NCBI GenBank assembly: GCA_041946805.1
Contig: JBHGBC010000001.1
Location: 2,866-66,865 of the forward strand
DNA: 64,000 nt
Direction: 5' to 3'
Source: a bacterium
GTDB taxonomy: Bacteria > Hinthialibacterota > Hinthialibacteria > Hinthialibacterales > Hinthialibacteraceae
Positions within the stretch are counted from its first letter, which is position 1. Each line of letters begins with the position of its first letter. Shown one piece after another: positions 62,705 through 64,000 of this stretch. The notes under the pieces are model-generated. The model saw only the letters and a program-made list of their open reading frames with translations, made no database searches and was not told where the DNA came from. The translations under genes and the position numbers were made by a program.

Positions 62705-64000
62705 ATGATGACTTCGCGTCCGCGGGGCGAGGCCGGCGCCCTGCGCCGGTTCGCCTGTTATGTTCTGCGCTACAAACTCCGTTTCGTTTACGCCGTGGTT
62801 TGCAGCGGCCTGATTTCCATCACCTCACTGTTGCTGCTCACCTTGTTGAAGCCGGCCGTGGAAACCATTTTCCGCGAGCCGGCTTCCGGCATGGCCGCGG
62901 CCGTGACCGCCGCCCCCGCGGAACCGGAACGGGGCCTCTTGGAGCCTTCGGGCCAGCTGGGAACCCTGCTGGCCCCCGTGTATCACCTGATCGGGCGCTT
63001 CGCGCAAAACAACCGCCTGCTGACCCTGGGCATGGTCTGCCTGTTCATCCTGCTCCTGGTGATCGTGAACGGCGTCTTCCGCTACATCCAGGAATACATG
63101 GTGAAATGGATCGGCAACCGCACGATCCTGGACCTGCAAAGGGATTTGTTCGAGCACATGCTCCACTTCGACGCGGCCTATTTCGCGCGGCACAAGGTGG
63201 GCGCGCTCATCTCGTACTTCACCGTGGACACCCGCAAGGTGGGCGAGACCGTCTTCGACGTCTTCGGCCGCCTGCTGCTGGATCCTTGCATGATCCTGGC
63301 CGCCCTGGTGTTCCTGCTCTACATGCAGTGGAAATTGACGCTGCTGTATGCCCTGATCTTTCCCTTCATTTACTGGACGATCCGCATCTTCTCCAAGAAA
63401 AGCCGCCAGGCCGGCCGCCGGGCGCAGGAAATCATGTCCGCCATGGGCGCGTTTCTGCAGGAGCATTTCAGCTCCATCCGCCTGGTGCAGGGTTACGCCA
63501 TGGACGAGCGCCAGAAGCGCCTGTTCTGGAAGGAAGCGCGGGGGGTGTTTGACGCCAGCATGTCCCTCGCCAAGTCGATGGGCGCCTCGTCGCCGATCAG
63601 CGAGTTGATCGGCGTGTTCGCCCTGTGCTGTGTGCTGATGCTGGGCGGCTTCATCATGTTCCGGCAGGAAGGCGGACCGGGCGTTTTCGACGGCGGCGAC
63701 TTTTTGGTGTTCCTCGCCACGCTGGGATTCATCTATCAGCCCGTGAAACGCATGGAGCGCACCATCCAGCAGATCCAGCAAGGCCTGGCGGCCGCCGACC
63801 GCGTCTTCGCCGTGCTGGACACGGACGCGCGCCTGCCCCAGGCGGCGGACCCGGTGGAGGTGGAAACGTTCCAGCGGGAGATCCGCTTCGATGAGGTTTT
63901 CTTTACGTACGATGGGCAAGTCCCCGTGCTGGAGCGCGTGTCCTTCGCCGCGCGCAAGGGCGAGCAGATCGCCCTCGTGGGCCCCAGCGGGGCGGGCAAA
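62705..64000 (+). CDS. ABC transporter permease/ATPase, MsbA-like exporter (3'-truncated by the window end)
   Basis: Frame 2 is open from ATG 62705 to the window end; it is absent from the track because no stop falls inside the window. Six-TM exporter domain (..LLLLTLLKPAVETIF..), then a Walker A at the end (ALVGPSGAGK). Confidence 0.85.
   Translation, partial: MMTSRPRGEAGALRRFACYVLRYKLRFVYAVVCSGLISITSLLLLTLLKPAVETIFREPASGMAAAVTAAPAEPERGLLEPSGQLGTLLAPVYHLIGRFAQNNRLLTLGMVCLFILLLVIVNGVFRYIQEYMVKWIGNRTILDLQRDLFEHMLHFDAAYFARHKVGALISYFTVDTRKVGETVFDVFGRLLLDPCMILAALVFLLYMQWKLTLLYALIFPFIYWTIRIFSKKSRQAGRRAQEIMSAMGAFLQEHFSSIRLVQGYAMDERQKRLFWKEARGVFDASMSLAKSMGASSPISELIGVFALCCVLMLGGFIMFRQEGGPGVFDGGDFLVFLATLGFIYQPVKRMERTIQQIQQGLAAADRVFAVLDTDARLPQAADPVEVETFQREIRFDEVFFTYDGQVPVLERVSFAARKGEQIALVGPSGAGK

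Noticed and set aside
62476-63552. 358-aa + strand ORF overlapping the rho 3' end
   Set aside because: It is Arg/Gly/Pro-rich and out of frame with the real MsbA-like ABC exporter gene (frame 2 from the ATG at 62705, with clear TM and Walker A sequence). It is a high-GC alternative-frame artefact.

Overview
This is a high-GC (roughly 60-65% by eye) bacterial chromosomal segment that is gene-dense on both strands. Most genes are housekeeping: rpoN, hisF, gpsA, uvrD/pcrA-like, thyX-like, recF, dapA, polA, coaE, rho and an msbA-like ABC exporter truncated at the window end. A feoA-feoB iron-uptake operon with an upstream DtxR-family regulator is present. Many proteins are envelope-related or secreted, and several carry TAT or Sec signals: TPR proteins, a LysM amidase, a GT2 polyprenyl-phosphate glycosyltransferase, an LpxH-like protein, a pseudopilin, and a ~900-aa protein made of carboxypeptidase-regulatory-like repeats. 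Three things stand out. (1) A sharply low-GC island (about 1560-3960) carries a compact Vsr / C5-cytosine methyltransferase / Eco29kI-family GIY-YIG restriction endonuclease operon. (2) A dispersed, mosaic hairpin repeat family has at least 15 copies in 64 kb, all intergenic. Its core is CTCTCCC-loop-GGGAGAGG followed by GGTGAGGGAA, with optional extra hairpin modules. It produces spurious 'PLPxGEGxGEG' ORFs in the six-frame track and in one case is fused to the 3' end of a real small gene. (3) Several proteins are atypical: a tandem-domain ThyX with degenerate signature motifs, a NUDIX hydrolase with a histone-H1-like Lys/Ala/Pro tail, a GmhB-like HAD protein with its catalytic residues replaced, a Maf/DUF115 motility-associated-factor homolog, a FliN-like protein carrying a FliM-type CheY-binding N-peptide, and a pair of tandemly duplicated secreted proteins of unknown function. 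I found no tRNA, rRNA or CRISPR array. The taxon is uncertain; the pseudopilin, TPR and TAT content is compatible with a PVC-like or uncultured lineage, but I cannot verify this from sequence alone.
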